A stretch of DNA of 40,955 nt. Origin: a virus. Of the stretch, positions 25,253-33,758 are shown in pieces (the first letter of the stretch is position 1; each line of letters starts with the position of its first letter). The stretch lies in the UHGV virus genome UHGV-0384352; one strand, given 5' to 3'. The notes below the pieces were generated by a model. It was given only the letters and a program-made list of their open reading frames with translations, made no database searches and was not told where the DNA came from. The position numbers and the translations under genes were made by a program.

Positions 25253-26844
25253 TTTTCCTCCATAAAATATGTAAAACCATACTTTGATGTCAGTTTATCT
25301 AGGATGCGTCTCTGATATTCAATTGAGTAGTCATTATCTGTTGTAATCCGACCAGACAATACCTCTTCATACATTTCATTCTGTAACGATAACTGGATCT
25401 CAGAATATTCTTTTTCCAACTTTTCAAAGGAATTGATTCCTTCCGGCCATTCCGCAGGCTGTCTTATGACATACACCCCATCACGACCAATGGCACGCAA
25501 CTCTGTGACACCAGTTCTGCCCATCATATCAATATCATCCACTGAAAAGGTAGCTCCACTTGGATGATTGTGGGTTAACACACCACCTAACATTAGCGCT
25601 GTCTCTTCATCGGTATACACAATCCTGTCTTTTTCTCCGCGTTTCTTTAGGATACGCTTTCCTTGGGAATCGTACAATATCCCATATTCATTTTTATGTC
25701 CAGCAATGGAAGCCTCGTCAAGCCTACGTCTTTCAATTGCATCATCCGACCACCCCTCTGTTTTAATTATACCAGAGTCCTGATACTTGGCAAGCCTTCG
25801 TTTCCAGTCTTTTTCTTTTGCCGTATACATAGTCTTGTTTTCAGGAGATAATGAGTGTTCTGCCAGCCTCCCATACTTTTCCGCCTGCCTTGATACATAC
25901 TGCTGCCCGGCCTCCTGCTTATTGGCCTGACCAACCGCCTCCAGTTCCTTCTCAGTCCAGGTATCGTCCGCCGTGGAGATGCCAGGGAAATAGGTTGTAT
26001 GGCTGTCCTTGCATCTGGGGTGATACAGTCCAGATGCTATGGCCTTACTCATGAGGGGATACGGCCCATCGGATTTCTTTCCGCCGGACCAGACGTCGTC
26101 AATCAGGACTTTACCGACAAAGGGCAGGCACTTAGGGCACGGATTCCCGCGCTTAGCCATGATAACCGTGGTAATCCCCCATTCCTGCCGCTTCTCTCCT
26201 TCACCCTGCAGGTAGGCCCGCTTGGATGCCGTCCGGATGGCCATGTCTGCATAATCTGCCAGGGTATGACGGGCACCATTGGCATACTCCACACAGTTCA
26301 ACCCGCGGGAAAGCAGGTCCTTGGTGGCCATGTCCACAGCCTTCTCATAGGTGCCGGCGCCTGAATTGGCATATACCTGGGCGTTGAAAATGGCCTTCCG
26401 GTAATCATCATTAGCCATCCTGAGGACTGCCGTTTCAGCTCGCTGCATATCATTGGTCGTGGCCTGAATTAGTGCCTCTAACTTCCGGTCATTCATCCGG
26501 AAGAACTCTGCCGTGGCTCCCTGGCTGACTTTCTTTGCCGGGAACCCATTCCGGATCGCGTTCAGAATTTGTATTTCCTGCTGCATGTTCCCCTTCTGCC
26601 GGGCAATCTGGATAAGCTCACCCATTTCCTTGTTTAGGTTCCGAAATTGCTTTCCATACCGCTTCTGGTTGTCCTTTTTGTACCTCTCCAGGGCTTTCAG
26701 CTGTTCCGTTTGCCACATGGACCACTCAATACCTTCCTTGGTCTCCTCGGCCCGATGCCTGTCCATGTTGCGAATCATGCATTTGATAAGCTCATCCTCT
26801 ATGGCCTGGAAGGCGGCACCGATATTATACTCATTATGTTGCAC
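25249..26844 (-). CDS. MuF/SPP1-gp7-like head morphogenesis protein fused to ~230-aa C-terminal extension with JAB/RadC-like HNHPSG motif
   Basis: The N-terminal ~300 aa carry the MuF signatures GNPCPKCLPFVGKV...YHPRCKDS. The C-terminus contains LGGVLTHNHPSGATFSVDDID. This resembles the RadC JAMM core HNHPSG-x4-S-xx-D, but with one residue fewer. Confidence 0.75.
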   Translation of the reverse strand: MQHNEYNIGAAFQAIEDELIKCMIRNMDRHRAEETKEGIEWSMWQTEQLKALERYKKDNQKRYGKQFRNLNKEMGELIQIARQKGNMQQEIQILNAIRNGFPAKKVSQGATAEFFRMNDRKLEALIQATTNDMQRAETAVLRMANDDYRKAIFNAQVYANSGAGTYEKAVDMATKDLLSRGLNCVEYANGARHTLADYADMAIRTASKRAYLQGEGEKRQEWGITTVIMAKRGNPCPKCLPFVGKVLIDDVWSGGKKSDGPYPLMSKAIASGLYHPRCKDSHTTYFPGISTADDTWTEKELEAVGQANKQEAGQQYVSRQAEKYGRLAEHSLSPENKTMYTAKEKDWKRRLAKYQDSGIIKTEGWSDDAIERRRLDEASIAGHKNEYGILYDSQGKRILKKRGEKDRIVYTDEETALMLGGVLTHNHPSGATFSVDDIDMMGRTGVTELRAIGRDGVYVIRQPAEWPEGINSFEKLEKEYSEIQLSLQNEMYEEVLSGRITTDNDYSIEYQRRILDKLTSKYGFTYFMEEK

Positions 26845-27112
26845 TCATCAGCGCCCCTTCCGCACCCAGGGTGCCACTTTCCATCAGTTGACCACCTTTG
26901 TTGGAATACACTCTGTATCCCTGGGCCTTAAATTGTCGTGTCAGACTCTTAAGCTGTGTGACGCTGCTACACTTATCACAGCGCAGCTCTGCATATCCCT
27001 GCTTCTCAATGGCGTATATCCCGAATGGCACCTGATCACTTGCCACCTGCAGCAGCCCCTGGTACTCCTTCTGGTTCATCTGGTACAGGCGGTTCATTAC
27101 CTTGACCTTCAT
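26834..27112 (-). CDS. Hypothetical 92-aa protein overlapping the portal 3' end
   Basis: GGAGGGAGGAAAGG RBS lies 5 nt before ATG. The 5' end overlaps the portal C-terminal low-complexity tail by 77 nt. Confidence 0.35.
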   Translation of the reverse strand: MKVKVMNRLYQMNQKEYQGLLQVASDQVPFGIYAIEKQGYAELRCDKCSSVTQLKSLTRQFKAQGYRVYSNKGGQLMESGTLGAEGALMSAT

Positions 27113-28628
27113 CTGCCTTTCCTCCCTCCATGTTCAGTTGGAAGCCACCGGCAGACGTACTGATTCCGGGTTCCTCCACTTCCGCAATGCCCTGCTCTGC
27201 CTTCAGCCGCGCTATCTCCTCTTGTTTCCATGCATCATCCTTGCTGTCCCCATACAGCTCTTCTACCTGGGCCTCAATGCTCATCATAGGGACACCCGGC
27301 CTTGCCTTAGCCAGGGTCTCCACCTGGCTCTCAAAGGATGGGTTTGCATACTCTCCAAATGGGATGTCTACCTTGACCTCCTCCGCAGCCTTTCCATGCA
27401 GGAAGTTATATGCGTTGATGGTTGCCCCCACCAGCTCAGGCAGGGTTTCCTGCAGCGCCTCCACGATAGCGTTCCGGGTATACAGGGTAGCTTTTTCTTT
27501 CTCACGCTGAGCCTCAGCATTATCCAGCTTCTTGACATCAATGCCCAAAGTGCTGGGACTTATGACCCCCTGCAGACAAAGGTCCAGAGCTGTACAGTAA
27601 GATGCAAGATAACTGTCATGGGGTATTGCCGGCTGCACCACGTTGACCTTGTTATCCGCACTTTCTGACATGTCGTTATCAGAGGCAAAATACTGATTAT
27701 CAAAAGAATTGGGGCGAATAATCTGCCCGGTCGCTGGGTCGTGCGGTATCAGGCACTCAGGAATATATGTCCTGGCTCGTCCAGCGCGTAGGGCATCCAT
27801 CCACTGGGACCAAGCCTCGTCAAAGGCGTCAAAGCTGTCCAGCTTACCATCAAAGATGCTGCCGCCGCGTCCTTCATATTTGGTGGACTCATACACCTGC
27901 AAGGGTACTGCCAGGATGACATTATCATCAAACTTCGTGTCCTTGATGCCCTTGGTGGCGTCGATAGCATTGAGGGGCACCGAAGTGTCACCCTTGTACA
28001 ACTCGTTGTATATGTAACCATATCCATAATGCTCATATAGGACATACTGCTGATGGCCAGCCTTATACGGCGTCTTGAACACGACCTCCTTCACCCGGTC
28101 CCGGTTCCGGGCAATCTCAATGCGTTCCCCTGGATACCATTCCAGAATAGGGTACTCGCTGACAGTCGTATCAATCGTGACCTTAAAGGCTCCATCCCCG
28201 ATGTATAGGACCTCCTTTAAAGCCTTCTCCATTTTACGAGTGAACTTATTATCTTTTGCAATGTCCTCCCACAGTTGCCGCTGCCGGTCATTATCCGCAA
28301 AGTCAAAGTCATTCATATCATCCAGGACAATGCCTGAGAGGATGCGGATAATCAGCCCAGGCAGACCGGTATGTATCTTGCGCATCTCCATACCCGGAGT
28401 GCACCTGCTGGCCCAGAATTTGTATTTGTCAGCGTACTCGGGAGCCTGCTGGTACATCTGTTCCAGCTCATTGCCATCCCCGCGGTACCAAATCCGGTTC
28501 CGGATGGCATTAGCCTCGAAGTCCAGGACCTCGTTAATCTGGATGCAGTTCCCGCTGGCCGGCACCACATTCAGCCAGGTACGAATGCCACGCTTAATTG
28601 TCTCATTCATGTTGTTCAGCCACCTCAT
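27036..28628 (-). CDS. Portal protein (SPP1 gp6-like)
   Basis: 530 aa, positioned between TerL and MuF. The C-terminal tail is acidic and Gly-rich. Confidence 0.75.
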   Translation of the reverse strand: MRWLNNMNETIKRGIRTWLNVVPASGNCIQINEVLDFEANAIRNRIWYRGDGNELEQMYQQAPEYADKYKFWASRCTPGMEMRKIHTGLPGLIIRILSGIVLDDMNDFDFADNDRQRQLWEDIAKDNKFTRKMEKALKEVLYIGDGAFKVTIDTTVSEYPILEWYPGERIEIARNRDRVKEVVFKTPYKAGHQQYVLYEHYGYGYIYNELYKGDTSVPLNAIDATKGIKDTKFDDNVILAVPLQVYESTKYEGRGGSIFDGKLDSFDAFDEAWSQWMDALRAGRARTYIPECLIPHDPATGQIIRPNSFDNQYFASDNDMSESADNKVNVVQPAIPHDSYLASYCTALDLCLQGVISPSTLGIDVKKLDNAEAQREKEKATLYTRNAIVEALQETLPELVGATINAYNFLHGKAAEEVKVDIPFGEYANPSFESQVETLAKARPGVPMMSIEAQVEELYGDSKDDAWKQEEIARLKAEQGIAEVEEPGISTSAGGFQLNMEGGKADEGQGNEPPVPDEPEGVPGAAAGGK

Positions 28629-29974
28629 TTCTTCTCAGCCTCCTCAAATCCAATCAGGTTCCGGTATGGTATCCATGCATACTGATTGGCATTAATGGTA
28701 TGGTCGTTCCTGTCCTCTGGCTTGTCCTTCTCATCATCCCAGCTGTACCGGTCCAACTCGGACAGATGCTCCATGCAGGTATCAACTACCAGGTAACAGC
28801 CCTGCTGTATCCAGCCCAGCTGCAGGTTGATACGGTCCAAAATCTCCGGTCGCTTGTAGGAGTCATAAAAATTATACAGGCAGCCCTTAAGCCGCTTGTA
28901 CTTGCGCAGCTCCGTAATGGTCGCCTGGTCCGCATTATCTATATACACATCCTTGGCAAATCCCCAGTCCTTACGGCACTGCTCCAAGAAGGCCACGAAC
29001 TTAACCGCCGTGTCGCTAGGGGCAAGCGGGATGTCAAGCTTGGCATTGTTGTAAACCTTTTCGGCCAGGGTCACAAGCTTCCTGTCCTCCGTGATTCCCT
29101 GGAATATCATAGCTATGGTATCCGGAGACTTGGACGAGTAGGATGTGTCCAGGGCCGCCGTGAACTTTTTAAATTTCAGTGCCTTGGCCTGCTGGACTGT
29201 GATGACATGCTTAGACCGCTCAAAGTTGGAGAATATCAGTCCGGTTGCCTTACCACGCAGGCCCTGAATCTTATTCTTCCAGATTTTCGTTCCTTTCGGG
29301 GTATTGGTCATTATCTGTTCCAGTTTTTCCTTGCTCAGGCCCAGGTTATGGGCAAAAGAAAAGAACCAATGTACCCAGCCGGGTTTTGGCTCCTCTTGCA
29401 ATTCGTCTTTAATTTCCTTTGGTGTCTCTGATTCCCATTCAGGCAATGGCCGGGAGCAGTTGATATACTGCTTGTATACATCCAAACCTGGGTCGTCCGG
29501 ATTGAGCGTGGCCATCAGGTAATCGCTCCGCATGGCGGCCTCACGCACAAACTCAATGTCAGCCGTGTTAATCTCATCAATGTACAGGCATCCGTACTGG
29601 CCGCCCAGGGCATCCTTCCACTTGCGTTTGTTGCCGTAACCGACAACAAAGATAATCTTATCACCGCCGGATGTGTGGAAGATGATGTGAGGCATGTTGT
29701 AACCACCGCCGCCATTACCCTTGTACTCAACCAGCACGCCGAAGTCATCCAGGATACCCAGGTCCTTCTGGATGATATTTTTCTCTGCAGCGCCGGTGTC
29801 ATCCGCTGCCAGGATGTGAAGCTTTTTTGGCGACTCAGCTACCTTGAGCATGAATTTAAACAGCCCCACCGTGGTCTTTCCGGCCGCCGTGGTCCCCTCC
29901 AGAAACTCCACTGGGGCGTCGCAACGCAAGAATGCCTTGTACTTATCTGATAGTAATAATCTCTCCGCACTCAT
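28625..29974 (-). CDS. terL: Terminase large subunit (PBSX/XtmB-like)
   Basis: Walker A LEGTTAAGKTTVG and Walker B-like LYIDEINTAD are both present. The C-terminus has a nuclease domain. There is a 4-nt overlap with TerS. Confidence 0.9.
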   Translation of the reverse strand: MSAERLLLSDKYKAFLRCDAPVEFLEGTTAAGKTTVGLFKFMLKVAESPKKLHILAADDTGAAEKNIIQKDLGILDDFGVLVEYKGNGGGGYNMPHIIFHTSGGDKIIFVVGYGNKRKWKDALGGQYGCLYIDEINTADIEFVREAAMRSDYLMATLNPDDPGLDVYKQYINCSRPLPEWESETPKEIKDELQEEPKPGWVHWFFSFAHNLGLSKEKLEQIMTNTPKGTKIWKNKIQGLRGKATGLIFSNFERSKHVITVQQAKALKFKKFTAALDTSYSSKSPDTIAMIFQGITEDRKLVTLAEKVYNNAKLDIPLAPSDTAVKFVAFLEQCRKDWGFAKDVYIDNADQATITELRKYKRLKGCLYNFYDSYKRPEILDRINLQLGWIQQGCYLVVDTCMEHLSELDRYSWDDEKDKPEDRNDHTINANQYAWIPYRNLIGFEEAEKK

Positions 29975-30414
29975 TGACCACCACCACGCATCTGCTGGAG
30001 CAGGTCATCCAGCTTGGTCTTTTCGGTATCCAGGCCACCAGACAAATTGTTTTCCACCTTCGTTGTGTAGCCATACTTGCTCATCCACAGGCCAGCCAGC
30101 TGTGACGGAATTATCTGTAGCTCAAATTTCTTCCTAGCATCAGCTTCACACTCCTCTCGTATGCGCGTGACGATGTCCCCATACCTCTTCCTATTTGCAT
30201 AAGTCTCGTAAAATTTCGACCTTGCAATCCCAAGATATACGCAGAATCCCTCAATGGTGTAGGTAATGCTCCGCTTAAGTTTAGCTGACACAAATTCACT
30301 GTTCTTTGAACTAAAGTCATGGGTAAGCACTTCCTGGTTATCACATTCCTGTTTGTAAGCTTCCCAAAACTGCTCCATTTCTTCTGGGGATTTAATCTTC
30401 AATGGTCTTCCCAT
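29971..30414 (-). CDS. terS: Terminase small subunit
   Basis: 147 aa, immediately upstream of TerL with an ATGA overlap. It is the first gene after the late promoter and tRNA. Confidence 0.6.
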   Translation of the reverse strand: MGRPLKIKSPEEMEQFWEAYKQECDNQEVLTHDFSSKNSEFVSAKLKRSITYTIEGFCVYLGIARSKFYETYANRKRYGDIVTRIREECEADARKKFELQIIPSQLAGLWMSKYGYTTKVENNLSGGLDTEKTKLDDLLQQMRGGGQ

Positions 30415-30515
30415 CCGCGCTCACCTCCTTGCGTCAGTCAAAGAAAAGAACCCCAGACCTATAATAGCCTGGAGTCCCAGAAAGGAATTTACAATGTCAA
30501 ATGTATCTGTCTGAA

Positions 30516-30589
30516 TAGCGGGGACAGGATTTGAACCTGCGGCCTCCGGGTTATGGGCCCGGCGAGCTGCCAGACTGCTCTACCTCGCA
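30516..30589 (-). tRNA. Phage-encoded tRNA-Met (anticodon CAT), initiator-like features
   Basis: Cloverleaf folded by hand. D-stem GAGC/GCTC has a GG-containing loop. Anticodon stem CCGGG/CCCGG carries three G-C pairs next to the loop CCCATAA. T-arm is GCAGG-TTCAAAT-CCTGT. Acceptor is TGCGAGG/CCCCGCT, with 1:72 and 5:68 mismatches. Confidence 0.55.
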
Positions 30590-30793
30590 ACAATGCGTAC
30601 CTGCATCTAAGTACCCAGCATCTGGATACCCGATGCGCCAGTACGCCATGCTGACATATTCAGCGGTACCTTGTGCCGCAGTCACAATGCCAGCGAGTCA
30701 GCCACCAGGGTGTGATACCTGGCGGCCGTTGCTTAAATGGGGAGGGTGCAAAACCAATCAGCTTTCCGCTTCATCCAATTTTGCATATTACAA

Positions 30794-30849
30794 TTATAAA
30801 TCGTCCAAACGGACATGGCAAGGACACGATTTTGACATGCTCCTGTCAA
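30794..30849 (-). promoter_or_regulatory. Putative late promoter TTGCCA-16-TATAAT with upstream dyad TTGACAGGAGCATGTCAA
   Basis: On the minus strand, TTGCCA is rc(30816-30821) and TATAAT is rc(30794-30799). The palindrome at 30832-30849 is centred ~25 nt upstream of the -35, 5 nt after the ArpU stop. Confidence 0.45.
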
Positions 30850-30853
30850 GACC

Positions 30854-31360
30854 CTAATCCAGCATAAGGGCGTCTGAACCAAAGAGGTATACACTAAGTA
30901 TCCCTGTAAGTTCCGTTATCCACCGTCTGGCCGTCCGCTCTCCATATCCGTAAATCTCTGCAATATTCTCGTATGTCATCCCATCCAGATAGAAATACTT
31001 AAAGGCCAGATACTTCTCATGCGTATTTTTCCGACACTCCTCATCCTCCAGGAGCTTCAGGCACTTGTCTATGTGGCCTATCATGACAATGCTCCGGAGC
31101 TTGCTCTTAAGAATGCTGTTGATAAAAATATCTTCCTCAGTGAACTCCTCCAGTTCTTCCCTGTTGTCCATATCAGAAAGCTCCGCCACGCCCTCCTCCA
31201 CACTCTGACAAATTCTGTTATAATTCTCCATCAACTTCTTAGTATTCTGGAAAATCTTTGTGCGCTTATTTCTCTGTGTCTGTTTTTCATGCTCTTTGAC
31301 CGCTTCCTTTGCGGCCAGCCTTGCCACTTCTTCCAGTGCTTCTGTCTGTTTCACCGGCAT
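30854..31360 (-). CDS. ArpU-family / sigma-region-4-like late transcriptional regulator
   Basis: The C-terminal helix-turn-helix is MTYENIAEIYGYGERTARRWITE. The gene lies just upstream of the late operon. Start chosen at MPVKQTE, after GGAGGAGG. Confidence 0.5.
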   Translation of the reverse strand: MPVKQTEALEEVARLAAKEAVKEHEKQTQRNKRTKIFQNTKKLMENYNRICQSVEEGVAELSDMDNREELEEFTEEDIFINSILKSKLRSIVMIGHIDKCLKLLEDEECRKNTHEKYLAFKYFYLDGMTYENIAEIYGYGERTARRWITELTGILSVYLFGSDALMLD

Positions 31361-31434
31361 CACCTCCTCCCACGTCCAGGTGCGGACACGCCCAGCACCC
31401 GTACCGTATCCTGCCCTTGTTGTTGCGCTGGCCA

Positions 31435-31674
31435 TCACACCCGTGACGCCCGTTGTCTATGTAGCACTGTCTCATAATACCGTATCACTCCCTTCGGCGG
31501 CTCCCGCAGCTCCGGAACCGGGCACAGGCTGGTGTACATGTAGGCCGGCGCCGTCCGAATGCGCTCCTTGATGGCCTCGTCGGCCTGGGCGGCCAGGGCC
31601 TTGCTACGGTCGATGCGGCTAACCTTGGACTGCTTACTGCCTTTCTTTCTCACGGGTACCTCCCTTCGTATCAC
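31435..31674 (-). CDS. Hypothetical basic small protein (79 aa)
   Basis: A track ORF. The call is weak. Confidence 0.3.
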   Translation of the reverse strand: MIRREVPVRKKGSKQSKVSRIDRSKALAAQADEAIKERIRTAPAYMYTSLCPVPELREPPKGVIRYYETVLHRQRASRV

Positions 31675-31679
31675 AAATG

Positions 31680-32102
31680 TCAGTTTTGTGGCTTATACGG
31701 TTCTGGCAGCGGCATCCAGGCGATAACGCAAAAAACTTCATGTTGTCTGTTTATACCAATAGGAAATCCATTTACTATACAATTACCTGTTATCTTGCTT
31801 TCCTCTCCCGTGATACTAATACGTACTACTCCATCATCACAAGTAACTAAAACTCTCATTCCTTTTTCCGGCAGCCGCTCCTCCACCGGAATCCATACAG
31901 GTACATCATTCTGGTAAGCATCACACCAAATATTCCACTGCTCACTCGCACGTTTGAGCCTATCCAATAATACCGGGATTTCACACGGCTCCAGGCCAGT
32001 ATCCTCATAGGCAGCTAATCTTATCATCGCATCACGAAATCTATCATGCCGTATGCTTACCTCTGTTTTTTCCTCATTAGTCCAATCTGTTAATCTCTCC
32101 AT
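31680..32102 (-). CDS. DUF551-domain protein
   Basis: The C-terminal IAWMPLPEPYKP matches the DUF551 hallmark WMPLPEPP, and WIPVEERLPE is also present. Confidence 0.6.
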   Translation of the reverse strand: MERLTDWTNEEKTEVSIRHDRFRDAMIRLAAYEDTGLEPCEIPVLLDRLKRASEQWNIWCDAYQNDVPVWIPVEERLPEKGMRVLVTCDDGVVRISITGEESKITGNCIVNGFPIGINRQHEVFCVIAWMPLPEPYKPQN

Positions 32103-32129
32103 ACCGTAGTTCCCTTCTTAAATCCTAAT

Positions 32130-32558
32130 TTACAGGACTAAATCAACCTGTTTTGTTTCTCCTGCAATGCCACACCAATCGTCAACGGCACACACAAAAC
32201 TATATCCATGCAGCCCATCCGACCATCCACAACCGCAAGGATACATATGATTAATTGATAAATCCAGCAACTCCTCTGGTATCTCTTTCAATAGGACTCC
32301 CCGACACATTCCTTTCCCCTGTGGTTTGTGTTCCAACTGGTAAAACTGTATGGTACGGTTGATAAATAACGTTTTTAACTCTGGTCCTCCATACACATCT
32401 CCAATCTCTGCTTCATAGAGAAATCGCTCAGATAAACCCGGGCTAACGTCTTTCCCAATGCGATACTGCATAATGTACTTTGTCGTTTCTTTTTCTCTGA
32501 CAGTGACATCAATTTTGTCCACGTTCCAGTCAGCTTCTAATACTTCACGTATCGTCAT
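32130..32558 (-). CDS. Hypothetical protein (142 aa)
   Basis: A track ORF containing a Cys-rich segment (CGCGWSDGLHGYSFVC). Confidence 0.45.
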   Translation of the reverse strand: MTIREVLEADWNVDKIDVTVREKETTKYIMQYRIGKDVSPGLSERFLYEAEIGDVYGGPELKTLFINRTIQFYQLEHKPQGKGMCRGVLLKEIPEELLDLSINHMYPCGCGWSDGLHGYSFVCAVDDWCGIAGETKQVDLVL

Positions 32559-32582
32559 ACATTCTCTCTTTCTCAGTTTAGT

Positions 32583-32750
32583 CAGCAGCTAAATCCTAAA
32601 TTTCTTAAATCATATATACGATTTTCTCTTTCCTGCGCTGTTAAATCAGAAATCATACTTTCCATCTCAATGATTTCCTCATCATTTTCACATTCAGAAA
32701 ACCAATCCATAATAGTTTCCTGTACTTCCTGTTCACTTCTCATTCCCATA
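32583..32750 (-). CDS. Hypothetical acidic small protein (~55 aa)
   Basis: Found by hand translation: MGMRSEQEVQETIMDWFSECEND... Coordinates are approximate. Confidence 0.25.
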
Positions 32751-32761
32751 CCTCCAAAATG

Positions 32762-33061
32762 CTAATTTTCCTTATAAGTCACAAAATCCTCGTACCCTTC
32801 CAGAATCTCCAGAAATAATTCTTCAAAAGGGATTAACCATTTTACAGAATTTTCATCACTGGTACTTGGTTCACTTAATCTGTTTAAAATGTAATCAACA
32901 AAATCCTGTTCTTTCCCTCTCTTTATATTGCTACCGTCATAGTTTTCAGGGCTGCATTTAAACAATTTCTTTAAATCCGTAACCTTCAAGGAAAAATGGA
33001 TGATTTTCCCGTCTGCTGATAACTCGGTTTTTAACATTCCATTATCGTATTTCTTTTTCAT
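32762..33061 (-). CDS. Hypothetical protein (99 aa)
   Basis: A track ORF. Confidence 0.45.
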   Translation of the reverse strand: MKKKYDNGMLKTELSADGKIIHFSLKVTDLKKLFKCSPENYDGSNIKRGKEQDFVDYILNRLSEPSTSDENSVKWLIPFEELFLEILEGYEDFVTYKEN

Positions 33062-33095
33062 TTTTCACCTTTCCCGGCAATGCCGTTAAATGCTA

Positions 33096-33266
33096 ATATC
33101 AGTTACACGACATTTAAAAGCTAAAGTACCGTCTCTATCATATAATGTCAAAAAATTTGCCTCATCTTCGATATCAACGTTGGAAAAATAGAATTCATTG
33201 CAATCAATTCCCTTTGCGAAACATTCATGAGTCTTTACATATACGCTTTTATACATAATTTTTGCA
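33096..33266 (-). CDS. Hypothetical small protein (~56 aa, MYKSVYVKTHECFAKG...)
   Basis: Found by hand translation. Coordinates are approximate. Confidence 0.25.
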
Positions 33267-33320
33267 ACCTCCTTTTAAAATGTTAATTTCTACAATATCC
33301 ACGCTTACAAAAATAACGAT

Positions 33321-33758
33321 TTATGATAACAACTTATCCACATCCTTCAATATGCCTTCATACCGTTCGGCCAGCTTCCGGTGTTCGTCCATCTCTCTTT
33401 TATACCGAACGGACTTTGCCTTGCAGCGGCTTACATCCTTCTTTGCATTGGTCAGCTTTTCCTTGTCTCTGGTGTACACGGCATAACAGGGGCTCTGCAT
33501 CCGCTCATACATCTCCTGCAGTTCTGCCAGCTCCGTACGGCAGTCCACATACTTCTTCGCAAAGGCTTTAGCCCGGTCCGTCTCATCCTGCCGTCTGTCC
33601 GTAAGCCATTCCCTGATTTCCCTGGCGTTCTCCTCATTCGGCCAGGAAGCGCTTACCCACTTAAGCATTTTACGTATCTGTGGCCTTCTGGCCTCCTGGA
33701 AGAAAGTCTCTAAGTTTATCTCCATCCTCCCGTTTGGGATGTTGAATCTAATTACCAT
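33321..33758 (-). CDS. Hypothetical coiled-coil protein (145 aa)
   Basis: A track ORF, 4-nt-overlap coupled to the helicase gene. Confidence 0.45.
   Translation of the reverse strand: MVIRFNIPNGRMEINLETFFQEARRPQIRKMLKWVSASWPNEENAREIREWLTDRRQDETDRAKAFAKKYVDCRTELAELQEMYERMQSPCYAVYTRDKEKLTNAKKDVSRCKAKSVRYKREMDEHRKLAERYEGILKDVDKLLS

Noticed and set aside
30440-30470. Plus-strand promoter-like TATAAT (cccagacctataatagcc) upstream of the tRNA region
   Set aside because: It would transcribe antisense to the tRNA and terS. The -35 is poor, so it is probably a chance match.
30516-30589. tRNA as attB-derived fragment marking a prophage end
   Set aside because: A full cloverleaf (all four arms) is present, and it lies mid-genome inside the late operon, not next to int. 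I read it as a phage-encoded tRNA.
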